64,000 nucleotides of DNA from a bacterium (GTDB lineage Bacteria > Patescibacteriota > Minisyncoccia > Moranbacterales > GWC2-37-73). The stretch is taken from assembly GCA_003251635.1 (NCBI GenBank), contig QKEW01000013.1, positions 2,023 to 66,022 of the forward strand. Direction: 5' to 3'. The position numbers and the translations under genes are program-made. Below, in pieces: positions 1 through 9,800 of this stretch. Each line of letters starts with the position of its first letter. The stretch's first letter is position 1. The notes below the pieces were generated by a model that was given only the letters and a program-made list of their open reading frames with translations, was not told the DNA's origin and did not search any database.

Positions 1-7
1 GCCGATT

Positions 8-1339
8 GTGGTTGGAAGGATATTTAATTCAATTCAATTTTCCAGTAGCTTAGTTAATCCAGTTTCTTACATTGGCTGGAGTGTTGTTTTGTTGGTTGGT
101 ATTGATTTTGTAGCCTGGATTTTTCATGGAGCATCAAGGGTTATGGAGAATCAAAATGCTTTTTTGATTCGAAAAAATTATCGCCAGACCATGTTTGAAA
201 AAGTTATGGGATTGCCAACTGCCTGGCACAAGGATCATCATTCGGGCGATACGATTGATAAAATCAACAAGGCCAGTGAAAAGCTTTATAATTTTTCCGA
301 GGAATTTTTCTTGATTGTTCGTAATTTAGTTTGGCTAGTTTCTTCAATTGTGGTGTTGGCAATTTTCGATTTTCAGTTAATTTTGATTATTTTATTAGCT
401 TGTTTCTTGGTTGTTTGGATGATCGTGAGGCTTGATCGTCAGCTCATCAAAATGTATAAGAAAATTTATAAGGGTGAAAATTTCATTACAGCTGGCATCT
501 ATGATTATATTAGTAATTATTTGACTATAATTTCTCTTAGATTGAAAAAAACTGTCGTAAAAGAAATGAATGATCGTTCTTTGCAGCCCTTTGGAATCTT
601 TATGCGAAGTCGAAAATTGACCGAATTTAAATGGTTTCTTTGCACGATGATTATTTCCTTGATGACTGCGTCAATAGTTTTTTTTAGTGCTTATTTTTCT
701 TACCAAAAAGACGGAGTGATTGTGATCGGGACACTTTTTATTCTCTATCAATATTTGAATCAGCTGGGCAATGTTTTTTATAACTTTGCTTGGAAATATG
801 GAGAGATGGTGGGTCAAAGCGCAGCATTGAATGAAGCGGAAATTATCAATGTTGAATATGAGAAAATTTCTCAAAAGAGAACTGTTTTTTTGAAAAAAGG
901 ATGGCAGTCTTTGCAAATTAGGAATTTATCTTTTGTTTACAAAAATGAGGATAATTTGAATGGACTCAGTGGTTTGGTGAAGAGTGTTAATTTGGATTTT
1001 GCCCCAGGCAGAAAGATTGCCTTGATTGGAGTTTCGGGCAGCGGAAAAAGCACAACCTTATCATTGCTACGAGGGATGCATGAAGCGGACCAGGTTGAGG
1101 TTTATTGCGATCAAGAAGAAATTAAAAATGGTCTAAGCATGGTTCAATCCAGCAGTACCTTGATTCCACAAGAAGCGGAGATATTTAACAACACGATTGA
1201 ATATAACATTACCCTAGGAGTCAAGACCAAAAAGGAATACCTGGATCAAGTTATTGAGTGGGTGAATTTGAAATCTTTGATTGAGCGCTTGGCTAAAGGC
1301 CTGGAAACCAATGTTTTAGAAAAAAGGAGTTTCTCTTAG
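8..1339 (+). CDS. ABC transporter, fused permease/ATPase (transmembrane domain plus N-terminal part of the nucleotide-binding domain). The 5' end is probably cut by the window start. Truncated by a frameshift in an A-run near 1320
   Basis: Six predicted TM helices, then a Walker A motif GVSGSGKSTT. The GTG start at position 8 suggests the gene begins upstream of the window. Confidence 0.8.
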   Translation: MVGRIFNSIQFSSSLVNPVSYIGWSVVLLVGIDFVAWIFHGASRVMENQNAFLIRKNYRQTMFEKVMGLPTAWHKDHHSGDTIDKINKASEKLYNFSEEFFLIVRNLVWLVSSIVVLAIFDFQLILIILLACFLVVWMIVRLDRQLIKMYKKIYKGENFITAGIYDYISNYLTIISLRLKKTVVKEMNDRSLQPFGIFMRSRKLTEFKWFLCTMIISLMTASIVFFSAYFSYQKDGVIVIGTLFILYQYLNQLGNVFYNFAWKYGEMVGQSAALNEAEIINVEYEKISQKRTVFLKKGWQSLQIRNLSFVYKNEDNLNGLSGLVKSVNLDFAPGRKIALIGVSGSGKSTTLSLLRGMHEADQVEVYCDQEEIKNGLSMVQSSSTLIPQEAEIFNNTIEYNITLGVKTKKEYLDQVIEWVNLKSLIERLAKGLETNVLEKRSFS

Positions 1340-1364
1340 CGGTGGGGAGAAGCAGCGTTTAGCT

Positions 1365-1652
1365 TTGGCGCGCGGACTTTTGGCAGCTCATCAAAGCCAA
1401 TTTTTATTACTGGATGAACCGACAAGTAGTGTGGATGTGGAAAACGAAAGGCAAATTTATCAGAATATTTTTTCGGCTTTTTCGGATAAGGTAGTTGTGG
1501 CGGCTATTCATAGTTTGCATTTGTTGAAAAATTTTGATTATATTTATTTTTTTCGTTCAGGAAAAATTATTGCTGAAGGTGATTTTGATGCTATTTCTCG
1601 AAATGAAAATTTTCAAATTCTTTGGCAAAATTATACTACTCACGAAAAATAA
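1365..1652 (+). CDS. ABC transporter nucleotide-binding domain, C-terminal fragment (continuation of the 8..1339 gene in the adjacent frame)
   Basis: This frame upstream of the listed start encodes the LSGGEKQR ABC signature. It is followed by Walker B LLLDEPTS, the D-loop and the H-loop (AAIHSLH). Confidence 0.7.
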   Translation: MARGLLAAHQSQFLLLDEPTSSVDVENERQIYQNIFSAFSDKVVVAAIHSLHLLKNFDYIYFFRSGKIIAEGDFDAISRNENFQILWQNYTTHEK

Positions 1653-1842
1653 ACCTATCTTTGGTTGTGACAACGGTCCTTTACTGAGCCTTATTAACGA
1701 CTTATCCACACCCCGCTGTTGTGGTGATGGTCAATCAGTGTTAGAATAACACTGAAAAGCTCGGGGGTGCTTTTCGAAAAAAAATAATTCTTAAGATCTT
1801 TGCGGTGTTTTTTGGAAAAAACATTGGCAAGGAAAAACAAAA

Positions 1843-2073
1843 ATGCAACAAAACATGCAGCAGGAAGTGGTAAATTCGCAAGTCATCAAAGCCGGGGGCA
1901 AAACCTATTTTTTTGACGTAAAGAAGGCTAAAAATGGTAACAATTATTTAACCATCTCTGAAACCTGGAAAAAACCGGACGGGGAATCAGTTCGAAATCG
2001 TCTCATGATTTTTTCTGATCACCTGAATGATTTCATGGCAGCTTTGCAAAACACGGAGAAATATTTGAAATAA
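1843..2073 (+). CDS. PUR-alpha-like (DUF3276-like) single-stranded nucleic-acid-binding protein
   Basis: Motif KAGGKTYFFDVKKAKNGNNYLTISE resembles bacterial Pur-alpha repeat proteins. A strong RBS-like G-rich stretch lies upstream. Confidence 0.5.
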   Translation: MQQNMQQEVVNSQVIKAGGKTYFFDVKKAKNGNNYLTISETWKKPDGESVRNRLMIFSDHLNDFMAALQNTEKYLK

Positions 2074-2077
2074 TAAT

Positions 2078-2551
2078 ATGTTTGATCTAAAACAGCTCTG
2101 CGAATTTTTAGTCCAAGCAAAAAAATCAACCTATGCCTTGGGGGATGATTCTATAAAAATTAAAGAGAGCGACGGATCGACTTCCTTGATCTTTGAAAAA
2201 GGTGATTGGAAATATCATGATAATTATTTTGGTGGAGAGCCCTATGGCGGTCGCGAAGTGGTTTTTTTCAAGAATAAACCTGTTTATATTATGGTTTATT
2301 ATGGTCAAATAAAAAATTTTTCCATGGGCATTGAAAAAATTTATCATTTTTTACAAGAGTCCCTAAGATTAATACCTGAAGGCAGGCCGTTTCGCGGACC
2401 AGAGGTATATGATCAGGGAAGCATGAGATATCTAAATATATTTAGCGGTGAAATTGATAATTTTTTTGGAAAAGAAACCATAGAACTAGAAAATGAAGGG
2501 GAGATTTACGAAGCCAGATATGTGGGTGGACTAGTTGATTGCGGAAAGTAG
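2078..2551 (+). CDS. hypothetical protein (GDWKYHDNYFGGEPYGG motif), apparently co-operonic with the upstream PUR-like gene and lexA
   Basis: Long ORF beginning 4 nt after the previous stop. No recognisable catalytic motif. Confidence 0.5.
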   Translation: MFDLKQLCEFLVQAKKSTYALGDDSIKIKESDGSTSLIFEKGDWKYHDNYFGGEPYGGREVVFFKNKPVYIMVYYGQIKNFSMGIEKIYHFLQESLRLIPEGRPFRGPEVYDQGSMRYLNIFSGEIDNFFGKETIELENEGEIYEARYVGGLVDCGK

Positions 2552-2589
2552 ATGATTGAATTTTTTATTTTTTAAGTATTAAAAAAAAT

Positions 2590-3252
2590 ATGAGATTAAC
2601 GATTAAACAAAAGGATATGTTGGAATATTTGCGTTCTTTTATTGAAGAGCGCAAGGAGAATCCAACCGGATATCGTTTTCATAAATACCTGGCTTCCAAA
2701 GGCGTTGGAGATAGCTTAAAATCTTTGATGCAGGTAATTGAAGCGCTGGAACGCAAGGACTTGATTACGCGAGACAAGCAGCGCAAACTTTATTTGGTGG
2801 AGAACGAAAATTATGCTAATTTGCAGAACGTGATCTCCGTGCCGCTCTATGGTTTGGCTTCCTGCGGAGAAGCTTTGGCTTATGCAGAGGGTGGTGCGGC
2901 TGAAGATTTTTTGCAAATTTCTAAGAATATTTTTCATCAAAGTGATCCCAAGAAGCTTTTTGCTGTTAAGGCTCTGGGGGATTCCATGAATAAATCTGGA
3001 ATTAATGATGGCGATTACGTTATTTTTGAATCAGTGGAAAGCGGTTTAGATTTTGATGGACAAACGGTAGTGGCAGTTATTAACGGTATGGCAACCATTA
3101 AAAATTTTAAAAAATTGCCAGACGGTATTATTGGTCTTTTTCCAGCTTCAACCAATAAAATTCACCATCCAATTTATATTTCGGAAACCGATACGATTAT
3201 GATTGCTGGTATTTTTCGCCGGGTTTTGCCGGTTAGCTTTATCAGTCTTTAG
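2590..3252 (+). CDS. lexA: LexA repressor (S24 peptidase)
   Basis: N-terminal winged-HTH region. Ala-Gly cleavage-site region (LASCGEALAYAEG). Catalytic Ser in ALGDSM and a downstream Lys, in the S24 arrangement. Confidence 0.85.
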   Translation: MRLTIKQKDMLEYLRSFIEERKENPTGYRFHKYLASKGVGDSLKSLMQVIEALERKDLITRDKQRKLYLVENENYANLQNVISVPLYGLASCGEALAYAEGGAAEDFLQISKNIFHQSDPKKLFAVKALGDSMNKSGINDGDYVIFESVESGLDFDGQTVVAVINGMATIKNFKKLPDGIIGLFPASTNKIHHPIYISETDTIMIAGIFRRVLPVSFISL

Positions 3253-3322
3253 CTTCATAGCTAAAGTGAATAAAATATGTTAAAATGGGGGTGTTAACGT
3301 AAATTTTATTGAAAAACAAAAA

Positions 3323-5659
3323 ATGGGCAGGAGAAAAAAAGAAGATATTGAAAAAGAAAAACAACAAGAAGATCGCAAAGCCACAAGTCATGGTGACGTA
3401 AAAAGAGGTGCGGTGGCGGTTTTCCTTTTTGCCTTGTCAATCCTTTTTATTTTGGGGTTTATCGGGCAGGCTGGGTTATTGGGGCAATATTTGGATATTT
3501 TTGCCGGATCGCTTTTTGGTTGGGGAAAATGGCTTTCGCCTCTGGTTTTATCGGCAATCGGAATTGTTTTACTTTTTCGCAAGGAAGCTTTTTTCTATGT
3601 CTCTAAAATAATCGGTCTAGTGATATTATTTTTGAGTTTTTTGGGTTTTTTCCATCTCTATTTTGAGGTGGCTGATTTTTCTCAATTGGTTCACGAGGGA
3701 AGTGGCGGCGGTTATTTGGGTTACGGCATTGCCCTTGTTTTAATTAAAATTACCGGAAGAATTGGAGGAACGGTAATTTTAGCCGCTTTGATGATTTGTG
3801 GTGGGATATTTGCTTTCAATTTTTCCTTAGTGACTTTTTTACGCAAAATCTTTAAAAGAAAAATTAGGGAGATGCAGGAAGATGACGAGGGTGAGGAAGG
3901 TGAAAGTGAGCAAGAGTCTTCCGAAGAGGATGAAGATTTGGGAAATCCGTTAATAGAAAATGATTCCCAAGGTGAAGAGGGTGAAGAAAGTGATGATCAG
4001 GAAACCAAGGAGGATGAAGAGTCTGACTATGAGGTTCCGCCGGTAAAAAAATCAATCATCCAAAAATTATTGGGAGGTAAATCAGCAACTCGTGAAAAGG
4101 CCCAATGGCAATTTCCGCCATTAGATTTATTAGAGTCCTCCACTGACAAAGCCCTGGGTGGTGACACTAAAAAGAATGCCAAAATTATCCAAGATACGCT
4201 TAGACATTTTGGAATTGAGGTTGAAATCGGGGAAATTAAAACGGGACCAACCGTTACTCAATATAGTTTTCGGCCGGCAGTTGGGGTGAAATTAACTCGA
4301 ATAACAGCCCTGAATAATGATCTAGCGCTAGCTTTAGCTGCTCATCCAATCAGAATTGAAGCACCGATTCCAGGAAAATCCTTGATTGGAATCGAGGTGC
4401 CAAATAAATCAATTGCAATGGTAAGGATGCGAGAGCTTTTTGAAACCGCTGATTTTGCCAATCGTTCAACAAACTTATTGCTGGCACTGGGCAAGGACGT
4501 TAGTGGTAATTATGTTTACGCTGATCTGAAAAAAATGCCCCACTTGATGATTGCCGGTTCAACTAATAGTGGAAAAAGCGTTTGTGTTAATTCGATTATT
4601 TTATCCATGATTTATCAGAATTCGCCGGATGACTTGAAGTTAATTTTGGTTGATCCCAAAAGAGTGGAACTTTCTTTGTATAATGGAATTCCTCATCTTC
4701 TTTCGGATGTGATTGTGGAAAACGGAAAGGTTTTAAGTGCTTTGAAATGGGCGATTGGGGAAATGGAGCGACGATATAAAAAACTGCAACTAACTGGATC
4801 TCGGGATATAAATTCCTACAATAAAAAAGCGGAAAATGGCGAAACTGTTTCAGTGACTGATCCGGAAACCAATGAAACAATTGAAGAAGAGATTGAAAAA
4901 ATACCCTACATTGTGATTGTTATTGATGAGCTAGCTGATCTGATGGCGACTCATGGCAAAGAAGTTGAAGGTGCTATCATTAGATTAGCTCAAATGGCCC
5001 GAGCAGTGGGAATTCATTTGATTGTTAGTACTCAAAAGCCGGTCGTGACTGTTATTACCGGTTTGATTAAATCTAATATCCCGACCCGTATCGCTTTCAA
5101 GGTTCCTTCTCTAACTGACTCGCGAACCATGTTGGATAGTGGCGGAGCTGAAAAGCTTTTAGGAAACGGAGACATGCTTTTTCTTTCGGTTTCAGCCACT
5201 GGCCTAAAAAGAATCCAAGGAGTTTTTATTTCCGAAGAGGAAGTTAAGCGGGTAGTTGATTTTATCAGGGATCAAAAAATGATAACCGAAGAAGAATTGG
5301 ATGAAAATATAACCGGTCCGAATAGCGGTGAACAACAAGAATTAAATTTGCCCGAGGATCAAAAATTAGATTTTGGACAAATGGAATTCGAATCATCAGA
5401 TGAAGCTGAAGATGAGCTTTTTGAGGAAGCGAAAAAGATAGTTATTCAGGCTAAAAAAGCTTCAACTTCCTTTCTACAGCGAAGGTTGAGAATTGGTTAT
5501 TCTCGAGCTGCTCGCCTGGTGGATATGTTGGAGGATCGGGGAATTGTTGGTCCGGCGGACGGTGCTAAGGCGCGGGAAGTTTTGATTGACGGGGATGAGA
5601 AAATTAATTATCAAAATGATGCGGATGATCAATTTCAGCGGGATAAGTGGCAAATGTGA
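3323..5659 (+). CDS. ftsK: DNA translocase FtsK/SpoIIIE
   Basis: N-terminal TM helices and an acidic linker. Walker A GSTNSGKS, Walker B VIVIDELADL, C-terminal gamma winged-helix (RIGYSRAARLVDMLE). Confidence 0.9.
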   Translation: MGRRKKEDIEKEKQQEDRKATSHGDVKRGAVAVFLFALSILFILGFIGQAGLLGQYLDIFAGSLFGWGKWLSPLVLSAIGIVLLFRKEAFFYVSKIIGLVILFLSFLGFFHLYFEVADFSQLVHEGSGGGYLGYGIALVLIKITGRIGGTVILAALMICGGIFAFNFSLVTFLRKIFKRKIREMQEDDEGEEGESEQESSEEDEDLGNPLIENDSQGEEGEESDDQETKEDEESDYEVPPVKKSIIQKLLGGKSATREKAQWQFPPLDLLESSTDKALGGDTKKNAKIIQDTLRHFGIEVEIGEIKTGPTVTQYSFRPAVGVKLTRITALNNDLALALAAHPIRIEAPIPGKSLIGIEVPNKSIAMVRMRELFETADFANRSTNLLLALGKDVSGNYVYADLKKMPHLMIAGSTNSGKSVCVNSIILSMIYQNSPDDLKLILVDPKRVELSLYNGIPHLLSDVIVENGKVLSALKWAIGEMERRYKKLQLTGSRDINSYNKKAENGETVSVTDPETNETIEEEIEKIPYIVIVIDELADLMATHGKEVEGAIIRLAQMARAVGIHLIVSTQKPVVTVITGLIKSNIPTRIAFKVPSLTDSRTMLDSGGAEKLLGNGDMLFLSVSATGLKRIQGVFISEEEVKRVVDFIRDQKMITEEELDENITGPNSGEQQELNLPEDQKLDFGQMEFESSDEAEDELFEEAKKIVIQAKKASTSFLQRRLRIGYSRAARLVDMLEDRGIVGPADGAKAREVLIDGDEKINYQNDADDQFQRDKWQM

Positions 5660-5737
5660 AATTAACCCATGATTTGAATCGCAATTTTTCACATAATAAA
5701 CGGTTTTGAATAAACTGAGAAGAATAAATATCTGGTT

Positions 5738-6751
5738 ATGGTAAAGTTTACGACAAAAAAAATTAAATCGATAACTTTAGGCGAAAAAATGAAAAAATTT
5801 CGCCAAGAGCGTCGTTTGAGCTTGAGCGAAATATCTCGAAATGTTTCAGTTCAAACCAAATATTTGCAATACCTAGAAGAAGGTCAGTATTCTAAATTGC
5901 CGGCCCCAGTTTATGTTAAGGGTTTTTTGCGAAATTATGCTAATTTTGCCAATATGAGTCCGGAAAGTTTGATTAGGCAATATGAGAGAGAGCAAAAAAT
6001 TCAGCAAAATATAAATCAAAAAGAGGAGCCAATTAAAACCAAGAAACCGGAAAAATTTTCCAATTTAGTAATTACCCCAAGAATTATTTTAGTGGCCGTG
6101 GGCATATTTTTAGTTTTTTGGGGATTTTTATATTTATATCGACAAGTTAATAATTTTGTTTCAACTCCTCGTTTGGTTATTAAAAGCCCGGTGGCTGGAG
6201 CTGAAATTGACGGGCGTTTTGTGAGGGTTTCCGGGGTAGCTGAAAAGGATGCTCAGGTTCTGGTTAATGGGCAATCGATTTTAGTTAATGAAAATGGAGA
6301 ATTTAGTGAGGATGTGGGATTGAGAGAGGGTCTAAATGAAATAACTGTAGTGGCTAAAAATAAGTTCGATAAAGAGACTAGTGAAATGGTTTCGGTAAAT
6401 GCTAACTATCAAAATGAACCAACGGATTTTGATGTTGTTGATGGCGGAGAGGGCGGTTCAGGTGAAAACAGTGAGAATTCAACCGAGCCTGGTAAATTTT
6501 CAATGGAACTGAGGGTTGCTGAGGAGCCAACTTGGATTTCAATTGAGGCTGATGGCTCTCTAGTTTATAGTGGAGTTTTGTTGCCTGATTCAGTTCAGAA
6601 TTTTTCAGCTGAAAAGGAGATAAAGGTAACCTCTGGAAAAGGCAATAGTACTTTTATTAAAGTAAATGGAAAATCGGAAGAAGTTTTAAGTGAACAAGCA
6701 GGAGCGGTGCACGATCTAATTTTTACCCCCGATGGACGTGCCCAAATGTAG
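5738..6751 (+). CDS. rodZ: RodZ-like cytoskeleton protein (XRE-type HTH, TM segment, C-terminal DUF4115-like domain). The true start may be the ATG at 5789
   Basis: HTH region LSLSEISRNVSVQTKYLQYLEEG, a single TM helix, and a C-terminal beta-rich domain. Confidence 0.65.
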   Translation: MVKFTTKKIKSITLGEKMKKFRQERRLSLSEISRNVSVQTKYLQYLEEGQYSKLPAPVYVKGFLRNYANFANMSPESLIRQYEREQKIQQNINQKEEPIKTKKPEKFSNLVITPRIILVAVGIFLVFWGFLYLYRQVNNFVSTPRLVIKSPVAGAEIDGRFVRVSGVAEKDAQVLVNGQSILVNENGEFSEDVGLREGLNEITVVAKNKFDKETSEMVSVNANYQNEPTDFDVVDGGEGGSGENSENSTEPGKFSMELRVAEEPTWISIEADGSLVYSGVLLPDSVQNFSAEKEIKVTSGKGNSTFIKVNGKSEEVLSEQAGAVHDLIFTPDGRAQM

Positions 6752-6804
6752 GAAATAATTAAGATAGCACACTGTTTTAGGGGCAATTTGGCCGGTAATT
6801 CGGT

Positions 6805-7830
6805 GTGATTAAAGTTAAAATGGTTAAGAAAAAAAACAATAGTGAGGCAGTTGCTGAAGAAAAGAAAATCGATATCGTGGTGGATGAAATTCGAGAAAAG
6901 TTTGGGGAGGGCATGATTATGAAGTTGGGGGATGTTCGCAAGGTTGATGTGGAATCAGTTCCAACTGGCTCAATATCACTGGATTTAGCCTTGGGAATTG
7001 GCGGAGTTCCTCGGGGTAGAATAATTGAAGTTTATGGGCCGGAATCTTCCGGAAAAACCACCCTGGCTTTGCACATTATTGCTAATGCGCAAAAAAAAGG
7101 TGGAACCTCGGCTTTTGTTGATGCTGAACATGCCCTGGATCCAGAATATGCCAAAAAAATTGGGGTTAAAATTGATGATTTGCTAGTTTCACAGCCTGAC
7201 ACTGGAGAACAGGCCTTGGACATCGTGGAAACGCTGGTGCGTTCCAATGCAGTGGATGTTGTAGTGGTTGATTCAGTGGCAGCCTTGGTTCCGAAAGCTG
7301 AAATTGAAGGAGAGATGGGCGATCAGCATGTTGGACGCCAAGCTCGACTGATGTCGCAGGCTTTGAGAAAATTAACGGCTATTACTTCACGCTCGAATGT
7401 TATTGTGATTTTTATTAACCAGATTCGTATGAAGATTGGTGTAATGTTTGGTAATCCGGAAACAACTAGTGGAGGACAAGCTTTGAAATTTTATTCCTCA
7501 GTGCGTTTGGAAGTTCGAAAATCAGCTCAAATTAAAAAAGGCGAAGATGTGGTGGGTAATCGAGTGAAAGTTAAAGTGGTGAAGAATAAAGTTGCTCCGC
7601 CTTTCAAAACAGCGGAATTTGATATTATGTACAACGAAGGAATTTCCCTAACCGGGGATCTGATTGATAGCGGTTTGAAGTATGAGGTGATTAAAAAGTC
7701 TGGAAATTCTTATTCTTATGAGGATGTGAAATTGGGAGTTGGTCGAGAAAATGCTAAGCAGTTTCTTAAGGATGATCCAAAAATCAGCCAAAAGATTTTC
7801 AAAGAAATTATTACTAAAACTAAAGCATAG
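6805..7830 (+). CDS. recA: recombinase RecA
   Basis: Walker [10 protein letters not shown], and loop L1/L2 regions conserved. Confidence 0.95.
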   Translation: MIKVKMVKKKNNSEAVAEEKKIDIVVDEIREKFGEGMIMKLGDVRKVDVESVPTGSISLDLALGIGGVPRGRIIEVYGPESSGKTTLALHIIANAQKKGGTSAFVDAEHALDPEYAKKIGVKIDDLLVSQPDTGEQALDIVETLVRSNAVDVVVVDSVAALVPKAEIEGEMGDQHVGRQARLMSQALRKLTAITSRSNVIVIFINQIRMKIGVMFGNPETTSGGQALKFYSSVRLEVRKSAQIKKGEDVVGNRVKVKVVKNKVAPPFKTAEFDIMYNEGISLTGDLIDSGLKYEVIKKSGNSYSYEDVKLGVGRENAKQFLKDDPKISQKIFKEIITKTKA

Positions 7831-7876
7831 CTTTGCTTGCTTGGCTTTATTTTTAAAAAATCTAATCTAAATAAAA

Positions 7877-7906
7877 TCGCCCTTATAGGGGGCGATTTTA
7901 TTTAGG
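7877..7906. terminator. bidirectional intrinsic terminator between convergent recA and efp
   Basis: Hairpin aaaatcgccc-ttatag-ggggcgatttta, flanked by an A-run and a T-run. Confidence 0.5.
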
Positions 7907-7933
7907 TAAATGCTGGGTAAATATTTTGATTTT

Positions 7934-8491
7934 TTAGGCCCGAGAAACGTATTGGCCACTCTCGGTGTTGATGATGATTTCGTCGCCAACCTGAACAAAA
8001 AGTGGAGTTGTTACCTTAGCTCCAGTTTCCAGGGTAACCAATTTATCTCCGCTAGAAACACTGTCGCCTTTAAGGGCTGGTGGAGCTTCAGTAACTTTGA
8101 GCTTAACCTTGACAGGTAGTTCGATGTTTACTGGGTTGCTGTTGAAATTTAGAACTGTTACCTCGATTCCTTCGATTAGAAATAAGGCTAAATTTCCTAT
8201 AACATCCTTGGATAAAAAGAATTGTTCATAGGAGGCTGTGTCCATGAAAAAATAAGAATCATTTTCATTGTAAAGATATTGAGCCTTAGTTCGGGTGATG
8301 TCAGCTTCCTCAACCTTGTCAGCACCTTGAAAGGTTTTGTCTATGAGCGCTCCAGTCAAAAGATTTTTTAGTTTAGTCCGCAAAACTGCTCCGGCTCGAC
8401 CCGTTTTGGAATGTTGGGAAGAGAGAACAAGAAATGGTTCATTTTCAAATAGGATATTTTTTCCATTTTTAATTTCACTGATACTAAGCAT
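7934..8491 (-). CDS. efp: elongation factor P (Arg-tip type)
   Basis: Full-length similarity to EF-P. The loop sequence is SKTGRAGAV, with Arg at the position of E. coli Lys34. Confidence 0.9.
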   Translation of the reverse strand: MLSISEIKNGKNILFENEPFLVLSSQHSKTGRAGAVLRTKLKNLLTGALIDKTFQGADKVEEADITRTKAQYLYNENDSYFFMDTASYEQFFLSKDVIGNLALFLIEGIEVTVLNFNSNPVNIELPVKVKLKVTEAPPALKGDSVSSGDKLVTLETGAKVTTPLFVQVGDEIIINTESGQYVSRA

Positions 8492-8502
8492 ATTTTTTTT
8501 GA

Positions 8503-8709
8503 TTATTTAGCTACAAACGGAACTAGAGCCATCACTCGAGCTCTTTTTATTGCTTTAGCTAGAACTCTCTGATGTTTAGTGCAAGTTCCATGTCTTTTGG
8601 GCGGATAAATTTTTCCTTGAGAATTCATAAAACGACGCAGCATGTAAGCTTCTTTGTAATCGATTTTTTCAATTTTTTCCTGACAAAAAAAGCACGATTT
8701 CTTTTCCAT
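8503..8709 (-). CDS. rpsR: 30S ribosomal protein S18
   Basis: Conserved S18 core YPPKRHGTCTKHQRVLAKAIKRAR. Confidence 0.9.
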   Translation of the reverse strand: MEKKSCFFCQEKIEKIDYKEAYMLRRFMNSQGKIYPPKRHGTCTKHQRVLAKAIKRARVMALVPFVAK

Positions 8710-8738
8710 AATAATTGTTGGTTAGTTAGTTAAAATTT

Positions 8739-9230
8739 TTAAAAGGGAATGTCATTGAGTTGTATTTCTCCTTGTTCATCATCAATGTTAATGGTTGGAA
8801 TTTTCTCTCCTTCGTTACTGGCTGGATTTGCAGCTGACGGATTAGCGCTACCCACGTTATTTCTATTGGCTGATCCATAATTTCCACTGCCGGAATTACC
8901 GGAAGGTTTGCTGCCAAATTGCATGGTGTCGGCTATGATTTCAGTGACTCGTCTTTCAATTCCGTCTTTGCCAGTGTAGGCTCGAGTTTGCAATCTTCCT
9001 TCAAAAAAAGCTTCCTGTCCTTTGACTAAATATTGAGCGGCAATTTCAGCTGTTTTTCCCCAAAGGACAACATTGTGAAATTCAGTTTTTTCTTGTTTTT
9101 GACCACTCTTATCTGTCCAAAAATTATTGGTTGCCAAACTTATTGAGGTTACATTTTGGCCAGACTGGGTTGTTCGTAGTTCTGGGTCGCGAGTTAATCT
9201 CCCGACTAAAACAACTTTGTTGACATTCAT
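8739..9230 (-). CDS. ssb: single-stranded DNA-binding protein
   Basis: OB fold with VVLVGRLTRDPELR. Gly/Asn-rich tail ending in the acidic DIPF tip. Confidence 0.9.
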   Translation of the reverse strand: MNVNKVVLVGRLTRDPELRTTQSGQNVTSISLATNNFWTDKSGQKQEKTEFHNVVLWGKTAEIAAQYLVKGQEAFFEGRLQTRAYTGKDGIERRVTEIIADTMQFGSKPSGNSGSGNYGSANRNNVGSANPSAANPASNEGEKIPTINIDDEQGEIQLNDIPF

Positions 9231-9302
9231 TGTGGATTTGGCGAATTTGATATATTTGGAAGTCCAAATAAATAATTCGCAATTAAAATATTAATGTCAA
9301 AA

Positions 9303-9800
9303 TTAAATATTGAGAATTTCTTCTAGTTGCTTATCAATGTTTTCAGTGTCTTTTTTGGAATCCTTCTTGGGAGAAGATTTCTTTACGACATCTTCTTTTT
9401 TACTCTTAACTTCTTTTTTCTCTGGCGTTTTTTCTGAAGAATTTTCTTTGGTGTTGGTAGGTGCTTCTTTTTCTTTTAATTCTGGCAACTCATCCGCTTT
9501 GACAATCAAAAATCTCAAAATATTAGAATTAAGATTTAGTTTTCGGCTAATGTTTTCAATGCGAGAAACTGTATTGCCTTCAGCATCTTTAGATGGGGTT
9601 TGTGGCATTTCAAATCTTTTGGCGATGTAGGTTCCGCGAATCTGATGTTTAATTTTATAGGAAAGTTTTCGCTTGGTAATTATTTCGAGCTCTTCAAATA
9701 CTGCTCCCTCATCAATAAGAACTTGCTCAGCTTCCTTTTTGATTTCATCCAACTTTTCTTCGTTGTTTTGTCCTACTAGGTAGAAAAATTCATAACGCAT
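9303..9800 (-). CDS. rpsF: 30S ribosomal protein S6 with a lysine/glutamate-rich C-terminal extension
   Basis: N-terminal S6 fold (MRYEFFYLV...), and the classic rpsF-ssb-rpsR gene order. Confidence 0.85.
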   Translation of the reverse strand: MRYEFFYLVGQNNEEKLDEIKKEAEQVLIDEGAVFEELEIITKRKLSYKIKHQIRGTYIAKRFEMPQTPSKDAEGNTVSRIENISRKLNLNSNILRFLIVKADELPELKEKEAPTNTKENSSEKTPEKKEVKSKKEDVVKKSSPKKDSKKDTENIDKQLEEILNI

